64,000 nucleotides of DNA from Candidatus Falkowbacteria bacterium (GCA_016432645.1 CP066698.1:261062-325061); one strand, 5' to 3'. Positions 8,493-18,820 are shown, numbered from the stretch's first letter. Notes: generated by a model not told the origin, from the letters alone. Translations and numbers: made by a program.

Positions 8493-10001
8493 TTATTTAA
8501 TATCTTCAACTTCTATTTTCGGACGCATCAGCGGGAACAAAGTTGTCTCTCTAACCGGCTTATCCATCATAAAAGCAAACAAGCGTTCACCAAAACCAAA
8601 ACCACAAGTCGGGGGCATACCATATTCCAACATTTCTACAAATTCCCAATCTGGCATCATCGCTTCCTTATCCCCTCTATCAATTAATTTTTGCTGCAAG
8701 GCAAAGCGATTATATTGGTCAACCGGATCGTTCAATTCGGAGAAACCATTGCCCATTTCGCTGCCGGCAATAATAATTTGAAAACGCTCGGTTAATTCCG
8801 GATTATCAGTTTTAGCCTTAGATAAAGGTGAAACCAATTTGGGATGATTAATTAGGAATACCGGTCCGGCAATGCTCTTGCGGCAATATTTCCAAAGAGT
8901 ATCAGTTAAACGTTCGCGATTATCGCCTTCATATTTAACTTGCAATTCTTCCAATTTCGCTTTCATCTCTACTTCGGTCGCCTTTAAGACATCGATTCCT
9001 GTCTGGCGTAAAACCTCAGATTGATAATCTAGGCGCGACCACTCGCCCGCCAAATCATATTCCATGCCCTTAGTCGTAAATTTGGTTCTGCCAAATACTT
9101 GCTGCGCGATTTCTTGATATAAATCCTGAACAACTTTCATCCCAATTTCATAATCAGCATAAGCCATATAGAATTCCATATTGGTGAATTCCTGCAAATG
9201 ATCAGGGCTGGAGCCTTCATTACGATAAACGCGTCCAATTTCAAAGGTCTTTTCATAACCAGCCGCCATTAAACGCTTCTGCCAAAGTTCGCCGACAGAG
9301 ATGCGTAAAAATACATCAAGATCATAATCGTCGTGATGAGTTTTAAAAGGATTGGCTTCGGCGCCGCCCGTGGTCGTTTCCAGGGTCGGAGTTTCAATTT
9401 CAAAAAAGCCGCGCGCTTTCAAAAAATTTCTGGTTACTTCCCAAAACTTGGCCTTCTTGCGGAACATTTCGCGCGTTTCCGGAGATAAAATCAAATCTAA
9501 ATAACGTTTGCGGTAACGGTCATCATCATCTTTCAAGCCATACCAAGCATCGGGAATCGGCCGTAAAGCTTTAGTCAAAATATTCCAACTCTTAGCCATC
9601 AAGCTCTGTTCACCTTTATGAGTTAAAAAAGCAACACCGGCGACTTGGATAAAATCACCGTTATCAATTAGTTTGACAAAATTTTTATAGCTCTCATCAC
9701 CCAATTCTTTCTTAGATAGGGCGACTTGCAAACGACCACTCTCATCTTCCAGATCCGCGAAAGTCAAATTACCATGGCTGCGGACGCTTCTCAGACGGCC
9801 GGCAATATTAATTAAAGTCTCTTCAGCGGCTAATTTATCAAAAGACCCTAAAACTTCAGCCGTATTTTTATCTCTAACAGTTTTAGCGGGATAAGGAATC
9901 AGCCCCTGTTCTTTAATTGCGGCTAACTTTTTCAAGCGTTCTTCGCGCTCACTAACTTTTGCCGCCTCGTCTTTTAACTCTTCATGATTAGCGCCAGACA
10001 T
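8493..10001 (-). CDS. lysS: Lysine--tRNA ligase, class II
   Basis: OB-fold N-domain plus class II motifs (FFEIETP, YRNEG, GFGFGERL). Length 502 aa. Confidence 0.95.
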   Translation of the reverse strand: MSGANHEELKDEAAKVSEREERLKKLAAIKEQGLIPYPAKTVRDKNTAEVLGSFDKLAAEETLINIAGRLRSVRSHGNLTFADLEDESGRLQVALSKKELGDESYKNFVKLIDNGDFIQVAGVAFLTHKGEQSLMAKSWNILTKALRPIPDAWYGLKDDDDRYRKRYLDLILSPETREMFRKKAKFWEVTRNFLKARGFFEIETPTLETTTGGAEANPFKTHHDDYDLDVFLRISVGELWQKRLMAAGYEKTFEIGRVYRNEGSSPDHLQEFTNMEFYMAYADYEIGMKVVQDLYQEIAQQVFGRTKFTTKGMEYDLAGEWSRLDYQSEVLRQTGIDVLKATEVEMKAKLEELQVKYEGDNRERLTDTLWKYCRKSIAGPVFLINHPKLVSPLSKAKTDNPELTERFQIIIAGSEMGNGFSELNDPVDQYNRFALQQKLIDRGDKEAMMPDWEFVEMLEYGMPPTCGFGFGERLFAFMMDKPVRETTLFPLMRPKIEVEDIK

Positions 10002-10008
10002 ATAATTT

Positions 10009-10467
10009 TTATTCGATTTTTGTAATTTTATATTTTACCACGCCGCGCGGAGTCTCTACTTCAACCTGCTCTCCCTTATGGCGATGTAAAAAAGCAACCC
10101 CCAAAGGAGACTCGTTGGAAATCTTGCCGTTTAAAGGATCGGCTTCGTTAAAACTGACAATCGTGTATTGTTTTTCTTTGCCATCGCTCACAACCGTAAC
10201 CTTGGAGCCCATAACCACTTCGCCGCTCGGGCCGCCATTTTCGACAATCGTCACATTCTTCAAAATATTAGTCAGTTCTAGAACTTTACCTTCGTTTAAA
10301 GCTTGGGCGTCTTTTGCTTCGCTGTATTCCGCGTTTTCGCTCAAGTCTCCCAATTCTTTGGCTCTCTCTATTCTTTCGGCAATTTCTTTGCGTTTAATTG
10401 TAGTTAAGTAGGTAAGCTCGTCCTTGATTTTATTATACCCTTCTTGGGAGATTATCTGCTCATTCAT
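10009..10467 (-). CDS. greA: Transcription elongation factor GreA
   Basis: GDLSENAEY coiled-coil tip motif and a C-terminal FKBP-like domain. 152 aa. Confidence 0.95.
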   Translation of the reverse strand: MNEQIISQEGYNKIKDELTYLTTIKRKEIAERIERAKELGDLSENAEYSEAKDAQALNEGKVLELTNILKNVTIVENGGPSGEVVMGSKVTVVSDGKEKQYTIVSFNEADPLNGKISNESPLGVAFLHRHKGEQVEVETPRGVVKYKITKIE

Positions 10468-10496
10468 AATTTTTAATTTATTGAAATTAATTATGT

Positions 10497-11960
10497 TTAA
10501 TATACTCTATCTTTACAAATTAGACAAGAGCTAAGGACAATAAAACCAATACCCAGCGGATGATTTAGATAAGGGGTAAAAATGTTAAGCGCCGCCAAAA
10601 ATACCAAAGCGCCCGCCAGGCCAAAATATAAATCGTTCGGATTTTTTTTAGCTTTTACGAGAGCGGCCTTAACCAGCACAAAAAGCAGCCATAAATATGC
10701 GCCTAGGCCAAAAATACCGATTTTTAACCAAATATCCAAATAGCCCCACTCAAAAGCATAGGTCGTATAATGGCCGCCCGGGTTATTTTGCAAGACTCGC
10801 GGATCGCTGGAGATATAAGTAAGGCTGGCTCCATATCCTTGTCCGGAAATAGGATTCTTCTTTATTTCCTTAAACAGTTCCGGAAGCAGCGACCAGCGGG
10901 AAACCACGGCCGCTTCTTCGGAATTTCCCAAGCGTCCGGCCAACTGATTATCTAAATTACCAATCAGTTTGGGCGTGGCTACCACAATCATCACCATTCC
11001 CAGGACGGCCGTACTAAGAAACCAAATTCCAATAAAAAAGGCGCGCTTAAACGAATAGCGGCGCCAAATAACAATCAAAGTCGTCATGATTACCGCCGCA
11101 AATCCAAACCAGAAGCTGCGCGACAAACTAATCAGCAGTGTAGCAAAAAATAAAGCGGACAAAATTAAAACTAACCATTTTTTTCTCTTAAACATCTCCG
11201 CCAAACTTCCGATGGTGACCGTTTTAAATAAAAAGAAATAATAAGCAATTATCGGAAAAATTTGCGATTGGATAAAAACCCGATTCCAGCCGCTGGCGGT
11301 TGTCATCTCCCCCACCAAAGTCTTCCGCAGCCAAGCATAAAGCGTGGGCGCGAAGTTCAGGCCATTAGAAAACAAGCCTAAAAGAATTAAAGTTTTTAAA
11401 GCCACTAGGCTGGCTCCCGCCAAAAAAACAACCTTTAGCTTCTCGATTTTTAAATCTAAAGCGGCGGCCGGCAACAGAATTAAAAAATATAACCAGGCAT
11501 TAAAATCTAAAAAAATATTGCTCAAGCCATTGCGATAGATTAATCCGGAAATTAAACCACTAAAGACAAAAACGGCTAAAACTAAAAATGGTTTCCAAAA
11601 AATAAATTTTTTAAGACGAATTAAATATTCCGCTTTATTCCCTTCCTTGATGAATTGAATAGTTAATTTAATGATAAAAACTAACATTAAAGCCGACCAT
11701 AAAGCCAGGCGCAAAGACAGCATTTTCCCGTCCGAATATGACAGATAAAAAAGATAGCCCTTGGAGCCAACAATTAATTCCGTCAAAACAATTAGCAGTC
11801 CATTTTCTAAACTATAGGCGGCGATAACAATGGTGGCCGCCAGAAGCGTCAAAAACATCAATTGATTAAGCAGCGGAAATAAAAATCCCAAAAAAGACAA
11901 AACTTCTAAAGCACCGAGAACGCCGAGAATAATTAAAATATTTTTTACAAGTTTGTTCAT
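10497..11960 (-). CDS. O-antigen ligase / polymerase-like membrane protein (Wzy_C family)
   Basis: At least 10 TM helices, LSRSFW motif, and a periplasmic loop with PISGQGYG. Confidence 0.7.
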   Translation of the reverse strand: MNKLVKNILIILGVLGALEVLSFLGFLFPLLNQLMFLTLLAATIVIAAYSLENGLLIVLTELIVGSKGYLFYLSYSDGKMLSLRLALWSALMLVFIIKLTIQFIKEGNKAEYLIRLKKFIFWKPFLVLAVFVFSGLISGLIYRNGLSNIFLDFNAWLYFLILLPAAALDLKIEKLKVVFLAGASLVALKTLILLGLFSNGLNFAPTLYAWLRKTLVGEMTTASGWNRVFIQSQIFPIIAYYFFLFKTVTIGSLAEMFKRKKWLVLILSALFFATLLISLSRSFWFGFAAVIMTTLIVIWRRYSFKRAFFIGIWFLSTAVLGMVMIVVATPKLIGNLDNQLAGRLGNSEEAAVVSRWSLLPELFKEIKKNPISGQGYGASLTYISSDPRVLQNNPGGHYTTYAFEWGYLDIWLKIGIFGLGAYLWLLFVLVKAALVKAKKNPNDLYFGLAGALVFLAALNIFTPYLNHPLGIGFIVLSSCLICKDRVY

Positions 11961-11962
11961 GT

Positions 11963-12427
11963 TTATTTAATTATTAATTGATCGCCCGGCTTAACTCCCC
12001 AAACTTTAGCCTGACCGGCATTAATTTCTAAAACTTGGTCAGCCGGAATTTCGCTATTATATAAATTTTGCGGGTTAACGCCTTCGGGCGCTAAATTTTC
12101 ATAAATTTTTACCACCCTTCCTTTGGCAATAAAAATAATATCCAAAGGAAATAACATCTCACGCATCACAAAGGTTCGTTCATCAAAATCGGGAAAAATA
12201 AATAACATCCCGCAATCGGCACAAATCTTCGGATGTCCACTTAAACCCCGATAAAGCTGATAGGGTGTCTGCGCAATTTCAACTTGAATTAAATGTTGGT
12301 TTAAATAAACTTCAGCGGTCGCGATTTTGCTTATCGGCAACAACTGGCTGGACACAAAAATAATAAGAACCACTAAAACTAGCAACCCGAACAAAAAAAA
12401 TTTTAAAATTTTTTTATTAAAGGCCAT
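11963..12427 (-). CDS. DUF192 (COG1430) protein with N-terminal membrane anchor
   Basis: MLFIF...MREMLFPLDIIFI...V is DUF192-like. Confidence 0.65.
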   Translation of the reverse strand: MAFNKKILKFFLFGLLVLVVLIIFVSSQLLPISKIATAEVYLNQHLIQVEIAQTPYQLYRGLSGHPKICADCGMLFIFPDFDERTFVMREMLFPLDIIFIAKGRVVKIYENLAPEGVNPQNLYNSEIPADQVLEINAGQAKVWGVKPGDQLIIK

Positions 12428-13115
12428 GTTTCTGTTTTATTATTTCCATAGCCGCTTGATATTTTTTAACCGCCGGCAAAAACGGAAATAGCTTATAAGC
12501 AAATGAAGGCAGCCAGGAACTCATAGTCCCGCCTGGAAGAATCTTAAACAAAACTTGCGGAATCCAGAGACCGATTTTTCCTTGCTCCATCATCGTCAGC
12601 CATAAATCCCAGTCCTGAAATTTCTTAATACTTTCATCCCAGCCGGAAGCCGGAAAATCAGCGCGCCTAATTAAAGAAAGCGAGTGGATATAGGGTTCAC
12701 GCTTTAATTGTTCCGGATTAAATTCATTAAGCTTAAAAAATTTTCTTCCCCAATTGAAAGAAGAATAGGCGTAGCTCGCTTCCGGGTGCCGTTGTAAATT
12801 ATCCAGCATTACTTCCAAGGCATTCGGCTCTAAAATCGCATCAGCGTCGCAAAAAACTATAAATTCTCCTTTAGACGCCTTAAAGCCGTGATTACGGGCA
12901 GCCGGAGCTCCCTGATTAGCCTGATTTAAGAAAAAGAAACGATTATTACTTTGGGCTTTCTGCAAATAAGCACTAGCCAGAGCCTCTGATTTATCACTAG
13001 AACCATCATTAACAATAATTACTTCAAAATCTTGATATGTTTGGCCAACAAGGCTATCAAGCGTTTTAATAATAGTTTTTTCTCGATTGTATAGAGGAAT
13101 AATTACCGAAATCAT
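12417..13115 (-). CDS. Glycosyltransferase family 2
   Basis: ISVIIPLYN..., VIIVNDGSSD, FCDADA (DxD). Confidence 0.85.
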   Translation of the reverse strand: MISVIIPLYNREKTIIKTLDSLVGQTYQDFEVIIVNDGSSDKSEALASAYLQKAQSNNRFFFLNQANQGAPAARNHGFKASKGEFIVFCDADAILEPNALEVMLDNLQRHPEASYAYSSFNWGRKFFKLNEFNPEQLKREPYIHSLSLIRRADFPASGWDESIKKFQDWDLWLTMMEQGKIGLWIPQVLFKILPGGTMSSWLPSFAYKLFPFLPAVKKYQAAMEIIKQKHGL

Positions 13116-13122
13116 AATTTTT

Positions 13123-14202
13123 TTATTTAATAAATTGACATAATTTTTTAGCTTGAGCGTCCCAATTGAATTCCGTTTGCGCGCGGCTTTTACCTTTTGC
13201 TCCTAATTCCTGACGCAGATTTTTATCCTTGGCTAATTTAATAATCGCTTCTTTGATTTCTGGCTGATTATCAGGATTAACCAGCAGGCCATTTACTAAA
13301 TGCAAAACAGCATCTTTAACGCCGCCGGAATTACCGGCGATAACCGGCTTCCCCGCTAAATTAGCTTCCAAGTAGACAATCCCAAAACCTTCAAAATCAC
13401 CGCCGATTTCCCGCGCCGGCATAATAAAAGTATCGCAGGCCCGGAGCCAATCCCACTTATCAGCTTCAGATAGCTCGCCTAAAAATATAATTCGATCAGC
13501 CAGCGGCGAATTTTTAGCCAAATCTTGTAGATATTCTTCTTGTTCACCGCTTCCGATAATAAAATACTTTGGCCTCAGTGCTTGGATTTCAATATCGGAA
13601 AAAGATTTGATTACTGCATCCACGCCTTTTCTTAAAGTTAAGCGGCCGACGGTTAATAAAGTAAAAGTTTCATCAAGACGATAATACGCTCTTAGAGATT
13701 GAACTTTTTCAGAATTATCAGGCAAAACTAATGGCTCAACCCCGGGATTAACGACTTTCACTTTGGGCTCTAATTTAGGATTAAAGTTAATCACAAGTTG
13801 GGCAACCCGGGAATTAGCGCAGATTATCTTATCAGCGCGACCTAAAATTAAGCGCGTTAACAAACGTTTATGGGGACTAGCCAGACTGTTAGAAAAATCC
13901 AAGCCGTGAAGAACAATACCATATTTAAATGGCTTTATTCTGGAGGCTAAATAAGCGGCTGTTCCTAATGGCAAAATATGGCCTACTAAAAGATAATCGA
14001 AGCTAGTATCTTTTTGGCGGCCGAGGATTAAGCCGATAACCCCGCGCCAAGCGAAAACGCCTTTTTTAAGCAAAGCTCCCTGATTATTATGAATTACTTC
14101 AAGTTTTTCTTCCTTGGGCCAATACTTAAGCAGATTGCTGTAATAATTAGCTACCCCGCCATTAAAAGGCGGAAATTCTAAAGTTAAAAGTAAAGTTTTC
14201 AT
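13123..14202 (-). CDS. Glycosyltransferase family 4 (GT-B, Glycos_transf_1)
   Basis: C-terminal EGFGIVYLEANLAGKPVIA motif (E-x7-E). Confidence 0.85.
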   Translation of the reverse strand: MKTLLLTLEFPPFNGGVANYYSNLLKYWPKEEKLEVIHNNQGALLKKGVFAWRGVIGLILGRQKDTSFDYLLVGHILPLGTAAYLASRIKPFKYGIVLHGLDFSNSLASPHKRLLTRLILGRADKIICANSRVAQLVINFNPKLEPKVKVVNPGVEPLVLPDNSEKVQSLRAYYRLDETFTLLTVGRLTLRKGVDAVIKSFSDIEIQALRPKYFIIGSGEQEEYLQDLAKNSPLADRIIFLGELSEADKWDWLRACDTFIMPAREIGGDFEGFGIVYLEANLAGKPVIAGNSGGVKDAVLHLVNGLLVNPDNQPEIKEAIIKLAKDKNLRQELGAKGKSRAQTEFNWDAQAKKLCQFIK

Positions 14203-15632
14203 AGCTTAAACGATTTTAAAACGCTGCTAATATCTTCTTTTTGAAAACCGCCAAACAAATACAAAAAATAAAAATATAAAATCCCGCCCGTAGGAATCAA
14301 GATTAAAATATGAATATATTCTTTACCAAACCAGATTAAGGCCCCCATAATCACCGCGGATGCTAAAGACTTAAGCAAAACAAGCAAATTTTTTACAGGG
14401 CGATAATCAATAATTCGGCTGATAACCGTAATGCCCAAAACAAACATCAAAATACTGCTAACCAGCACGGTGATGCTGGCGCCGACCGCTTGCCAGCGCG
14501 GAATTAGAACGAGATTTAAAATAACGCTAAAAACGGCGACAATCCCCATATTCAAGGTATTACGCCGCTGGCGGTCGCAAGCATTAAGCAAAGCGCCGAT
14601 AGGAAAATTTATAAAAATAAAAAACAAAGAAATCATAGATATCTGCAGCGGTAAAACCGCAGTGCCAAATCCGGATTTAAACAGTAAAACTATCTTATCG
14701 GCTAACAACAAAACGCCGATGATGAGCGGCCAGGAAATGATGCTTAAATAGTTTAAAGACCGTTCAAAAGAAATAGCGAGCTGCTGACGATTGCTGTGCC
14801 AATAGGAACTCATAGCTGGATAAAGCGAGGCGGTAAAAGCCATTGGCAAAAATTGCAAAGCAAAAATTATCTTAAAAGCAATTTGATAAAGTCCGACTTG
14901 AACATCGCCCGCGAAAAAGGCTAGCAAAACTGAATCTAAATAAGTATATAATCTTTGAAAGATAGCAAAGAGAGCAAAGGGCCAGCTGATATTAACAATC
15001 ATTTTGATAATCGGCTTATCATAAACAATTTTAACAGCAATTTTTAATTTGTGGACCAGAATGCTAAGAGAATAGATAAAATTATACAGGCTCGCCAAAG
15101 CTAGAGCCGCCATTGCCGGAATCAGGCCGCCGCCCATCAATAAGGCGCTATAACCGATAACCAATACGATGAGCTGGAATATTACCGAGGAGATGCTCTC
15201 AAACTTCAAATTATGAAAGCCACGCGCAGCCGAAAAGAAAGTTAAAGTAAAGGAATCCAAAACCATGGAAACACAAGATATATAAACCAGGATTTTAACA
15301 AACGGGTCGTAATGAAAAACGTTAATTAACCCCAAAACAGCTAAGATGGCAATTAGGGCCAGCGGTAATTTTAAACCTAGGACATTGCCTAAAAGGCGCT
15401 GAGCCTTGGACTGGTCTTTGGCTATTTCCCTAGTCAGAACGTTAGCAAAGCCTAAATCAATAAAAATCGCAAAAATCGTTGTAAAAGAGATGGCAAAATA
15501 ATACTTCCCCAAGTCTGCCGGGCCCAAATAACGAGCTAGGAGGGTAAAATAGGTAAAAGAAATGACCTTTTGCATAACTAAGGCCAAGGTCAAATATGAT
15601 GTATTTTTAGCAATATTATGTATTTTTGGCAT
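14199..15632 (-). CDS. Polysaccharide/oligosaccharide flippase (MOP superfamily, Wzx-like)
   Basis: About 14 TM helices and a typical N-terminus N.SYLTLA..KVISF. Its TGA stop overlaps the next ATG (ATGA). Confidence 0.85.
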   Translation of the reverse strand: MPKIHNIAKNTSYLTLALVMQKVISFTYFTLLARYLGPADLGKYYFAISFTTIFAIFIDLGFANVLTREIAKDQSKAQRLLGNVLGLKLPLALIAILAVLGLINVFHYDPFVKILVYISCVSMVLDSFTLTFFSAARGFHNLKFESISSVIFQLIVLVIGYSALLMGGGLIPAMAALALASLYNFIYSLSILVHKLKIAVKIVYDKPIIKMIVNISWPFALFAIFQRLYTYLDSVLLAFFAGDVQVGLYQIAFKIIFALQFLPMAFTASLYPAMSSYWHSNRQQLAISFERSLNYLSIISWPLIIGVLLLADKIVLLFKSGFGTAVLPLQISMISLFFIFINFPIGALLNACDRQRRNTLNMGIVAVFSVILNLVLIPRWQAVGASITVLVSSILMFVLGITVISRIIDYRPVKNLLVLLKSLASAVIMGALIWFGKEYIHILILIPTGGILYFYFLYLFGGFQKEDISSVLKSFKL

Positions 15633-15781
15633 AAAAAGAGACTTCTCAAAACAGGGCCAAAGCTTATCAAGCAGCTATTGATTAAATTTAAAAGTTATGA
15701 TAGCATAATAATACCATAAAATAAAGATAACTAATAGATGAAATTTTATTTAAAATAGATAAAATTTTTTTATTTTCACGT

Positions 15782-16114
15782 ATGAAAAGCAATACCCATC
15801 CTAAGTATTATTCAGACTGCAAAGTAAGCTGCGTTTGCGGTAATAGTTTTGTAACCGGCTCCACTGAACCGGAGATTAAAGTTGAACTTTGTTCCGCTTG
15901 TCATCCTTTCTATACCGGCAAGCAAAAATTAGTTGATACTGCCCGCCGTGTTGAAAAATTCGAAGCTAAAGTTTCCGCTAAAGGCGCCAGCGCCACGCAA
16001 AAAGGCAAGAAGGTTAAGCGCGCTAAGAGAGCCGTGGAAAGAGCCAAAAAAGAAGTGGTCGTCAAAACTAAAGATATCAAAAAAATTGCTCAAGTCACTT
16101 TGAACAAAAAATAG
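15782..16114 (+). CDS. rpmE: 50S ribosomal protein L31 (Zn-ribbon type) with Lys-rich C-terminal tail
   Basis: [10 protein letters not shown]...CxC...[13 protein letters not shown]. About 40 extra K/A-rich residues. Confidence 0.9.
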   Translation: MKSNTHPKYYSDCKVSCVCGNSFVTGSTEPEIKVELCSACHPFYTGKQKLVDTARRVEKFEAKVSAKGASATQKGKKVKRAKRAVERAKKEVVVKTKDIKKIAQVTLNKK

Positions 16115-16237
16115 CAAAAGCCAAAAAAGCAATCAGCTTTAATTATTCAGCATATCTATGCTAAAATAGTTATAATTGATTGCTTTTTTGTTAGCTAAAC
16201 TAATAGTTTATGGCTAAATAAAGCTATTTATAAAAAT

Positions 16238-17293
16238 ATGTACGAAAATATCAAACAAAAATTTACGGAACTGGAAAAAGAATTGTCTAATCCCGAACTG
16301 GGAAAAGATAAGGATAAAATGATAAAAATGGCGCAAGAACATGCCGGCCTTAAAAGAGCGCTTAATTTGATAACCGAACTGGAAAAAATAAATGCTGGGA
16401 TTTCCCAAGATAAGGAAATAATTGCCGGCGGTGATCCGGAATTAAAAGCGATGGCCGAAGAAGAACTGGGTGAATTGGAGGCGAAGGCGGAAAAGCTGGC
16501 CGCGGAATTGGATGAAGAAATAAATCCTGCCAGCCCCAATGATAAAAAGAATGCTATTTTAGAAATCCGCGCCGGAGCCGGTGGCGATGAAGCCGCCCTG
16601 TTTGCCGGCGACCTTTTCCGAATGTATGCTCGCTATTGCGAACGCCAAGGCTGGAAAATGGAACTGATTGACTCTAGTGTTTTAGGTATTGGCGGCTACA
16701 AAGAAATAATCTTTACCGTTAAGGGCCAGGGGGTTTATGGACTTTTAAAGTTCGAGGCTGGCACGCACCGCGTGCAGCGCGTCCCAGAAACCGAAAAACA
16801 GGGCCGTGTCCATACCTCAACCGCCACTGTGGTAGTTTTACCGGAAGCGGAAGAAGTTGATATTGAAATTAAAGCCGCCGATATCCGCATCGATACCTTC
16901 TGCTCCAGCGGTCCGGGTGGCCAAAGCGTTAATACTACTTACTCCGCCATCCGAGTATTACATATTCCTACCGGCATTATTGTCAGCTGCCAGGATCAAA
17001 AATCCCAGCATCAAAACAAAGAACAAGCACTGAAAGTTTTGCGCTCGCGCCTGCTCGCCAAACAAGAAGAAGAGCGAATGGCCAGCGAATCTAGCGCGCG
17101 TAAAAATCAGGTCGGCGGCGGCGATCGCTCGGATAAAATTAGAACTTACAACTTCCCTCAAGATAGAGTAACCGACCACCGCATCAATGAATCCTGGCAC
17201 AGCATTACCAGAATTATGGACGGTGAAATCAGCGAAATTGTTAATTCCCTTAAAAAGGCCGCTAAAGCCGAAAGCGACGCCGCAAAATCATGA
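16238..17293 (+). CDS. prfA: Peptide chain release factor 1
   Basis: PET tripeptide (RVPETEKQGRVHTS, RF1-type PxT) and GGQ (SGPGGQSVNTT). Confidence 0.95.
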   Translation: MYENIKQKFTELEKELSNPELGKDKDKMIKMAQEHAGLKRALNLITELEKINAGISQDKEIIAGGDPELKAMAEEELGELEAKAEKLAAELDEEINPASPNDKKNAILEIRAGAGGDEAALFAGDLFRMYARYCERQGWKMELIDSSVLGIGGYKEIIFTVKGQGVYGLLKFEAGTHRVQRVPETEKQGRVHTSTATVVVLPEAEEVDIEIKAADIRIDTFCSSGPGGQSVNTTYSAIRVLHIPTGIIVSCQDQKSQHQNKEQALKVLRSRLLAKQEEERMASESSARKNQVGGGDRSDKIRTYNFPQDRVTDHRINESWHSITRIMDGEISEIVNSLKKAAKAESDAAKS

Positions 17294-18144
17294 ATATCCA
17301 GGGACTAATCCAAGAATCAAAACTTCCCCGTCTAGAAGCTGAGCTCCTGTTAGCTTTTTTAATACAAAAACCGCGCGAATTTATTATTGTTCACGAAAAA
17401 GATATTTTATCACTCGTAATAATTAAAAAATTTAAAGCGGCGGAAAAAAAACGCTTGGCCAATTGGCCACTGGCCTATTTAACCGGTCATAAAGAATTTT
17501 ATGGCCTGGATTTTAAAGTTAATAAAAATGTCCTTGTTCCCCGCCCGGAGACGGAAATACTGGTTGAAATTATTTTAAATTACGCGTGTCAGAAAAAGAA
17601 TGATTTAGATTTTATAGATATTGGCACCGGTTCCGGCGCCATTATTATCACTCTAGCCAATGAACTTAAAAAAGAGACGGAAGCACTTTTTGATGCTGCC
17701 AGCTTTTTAGGTCTGGATATCTCTAAATCCGCGCTGACTGTTGCCCGCCAAAATGCCAAAATCCAAAATTTACATAAAAAAATTGCCTTTTTAGAAAGCA
17801 ACCTGTTGAAAAACATTCCAACAGAATCCCTAAAGGATGCTCACTTAGTAATCGCTGCCAATCTTCCCTATCTAACACCCAAGCAAACCCGCGAAGAGCC
17901 GAGCATCAGCCGCGAACCAAAATTAGCGCTGGATGGTGGATTGGATGGCTTAAAATATTATCGGCAATTATTTAAACAGCTCCAAAAAATAAAACCGGCT
18001 TCCCTGTTTTTAATTTGCGAAATTAATCCGGAACAGGCCAGGCATATCAAACTGGAAGCACAAAAAACCTGGCCAAGAGCGAAGCTGAAAATAATTAAAG
18101 ACTTAAGCGGCCAAAAAAGATTTATAACCATCAGTCTAGGATAA
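17290..18144 (+). CDS. prmC: Release-factor glutamine N5-methyltransferase PrmC/HemK
   Basis: ATGA-coupled to prfA. SAM motif IDIGTGSGAI. The catalytic tetrad reads NLPY instead of NPPY. Confidence 0.85.
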   Translation: MNIQGLIQESKLPRLEAELLLAFLIQKPREFIIVHEKDILSLVIIKKFKAAEKKRLANWPLAYLTGHKEFYGLDFKVNKNVLVPRPETEILVEIILNYACQKKNDLDFIDIGTGSGAIIITLANELKKETEALFDAASFLGLDISKSALTVARQNAKIQNLHKKIAFLESNLLKNIPTESLKDAHLVIAANLPYLTPKQTREEPSISREPKLALDGGLDGLKYYRQLFKQLQKIKPASLFLICEINPEQARHIKLEAQKTWPRAKLKIIKDLSGQKRFITISLG

Positions 18145-18153
18145 AATCCAAAC

Positions 18154-18182
18154 AAAAAACTCCGATATACTCGGAGTTTTTT
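18154..18182. terminator. Bidirectional terminator between prmC and rplY
   Basis: aaaaactccga-tatac-tcggagttttt. Confidence 0.75.
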
Positions 18183-18201
18183 AATACTAATGACTAATGG
18201 G

Positions 18202-18816
18202 TTATTTTTTATCGCCTTCAGCCGGAGTAGCGGCTGGAGTAGCGGCTGGAGCAGCGATTTCTTCTGGTTTTTCAACTTCAGCTTTCGGCTTCATTACCAT
18301 CGCAACGATTGTCTCGCCATCGGCGCTAATTTCCAAGCCCTTCGGAATATTTAAATCGGAAATCTTAATGACATCATCAAAATCATTAAGAACCGAAATA
18401 TCAACGTCGATATGGTCGACTAAGTCGCTAGGCAAGCACTCAACTTCAACTTCGTGGATTTCTTTATTTAACATGCCGCCAAGCTCTCTAACTACTTTAG
18501 ATTCGCCAATAAAGTGCAAGGGGATTTCAGTATTAACTTTTTCCTTCATGTTAACTTGATAAAAATCAACATGATTAATAAAGTGCTTGATTGGATCTCT
18601 CTGAATATCTTTAACCAGCACATTAACGGCGGCCGCTTCAGCTTCTAACTTAATCAAATTTGATTCACCGGCGGCAGCAAATACTTTAACAAAATCAGCT
18701 AATTTTAATTTAAGGCTTTGAGTTTCTATCCCCTTGCCGTATAAAACCGCCGATAAATAATCTTTGTCCAACTTCTCATTTTTAGCGCGTTTCTGCGCGG
18801 ATAATGTTAATTCCAT
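18202..18816 (-). CDS. rplY: 50S ribosomal protein L25 / general stress protein Ctc, with PAAT-repeat tail
   Basis: MELTLSAQKR... and LYGKG motifs. Start set at MELT (18816), just after the upstream stop at 18821. C-terminal tail APAATPAATPAEGDKK. Confidence 0.85.
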   Translation of the reverse strand: MELTLSAQKRAKNEKLDKDYLSAVLYGKGIETQSLKLKLADFVKVFAAAGESNLIKLEAEAAAVNVLVKDIQRDPIKHFINHVDFYQVNMKEKVNTEIPLHFIGESKVVRELGGMLNKEIHEVEVECLPSDLVDHIDVDISVLNDFDDVIKISDLNIPKGLEISADGETIVAMVMKPKAEVEKPEEIAAPAATPAATPAEGDKK

Positions 18817-18820
18817 AAAT

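Noticed and set aside
18221-18256. Short tandem repeat (ggagtagcggct units) that could look like a mini-array.
   Set aside because: Only about 2.5 copies with no spacers, and it lies in-frame within rplY encoding PAATPAAT. It is not a CRISPR array, and no CRISPR-like repeat-spacer structure was seen anywhere in the window.
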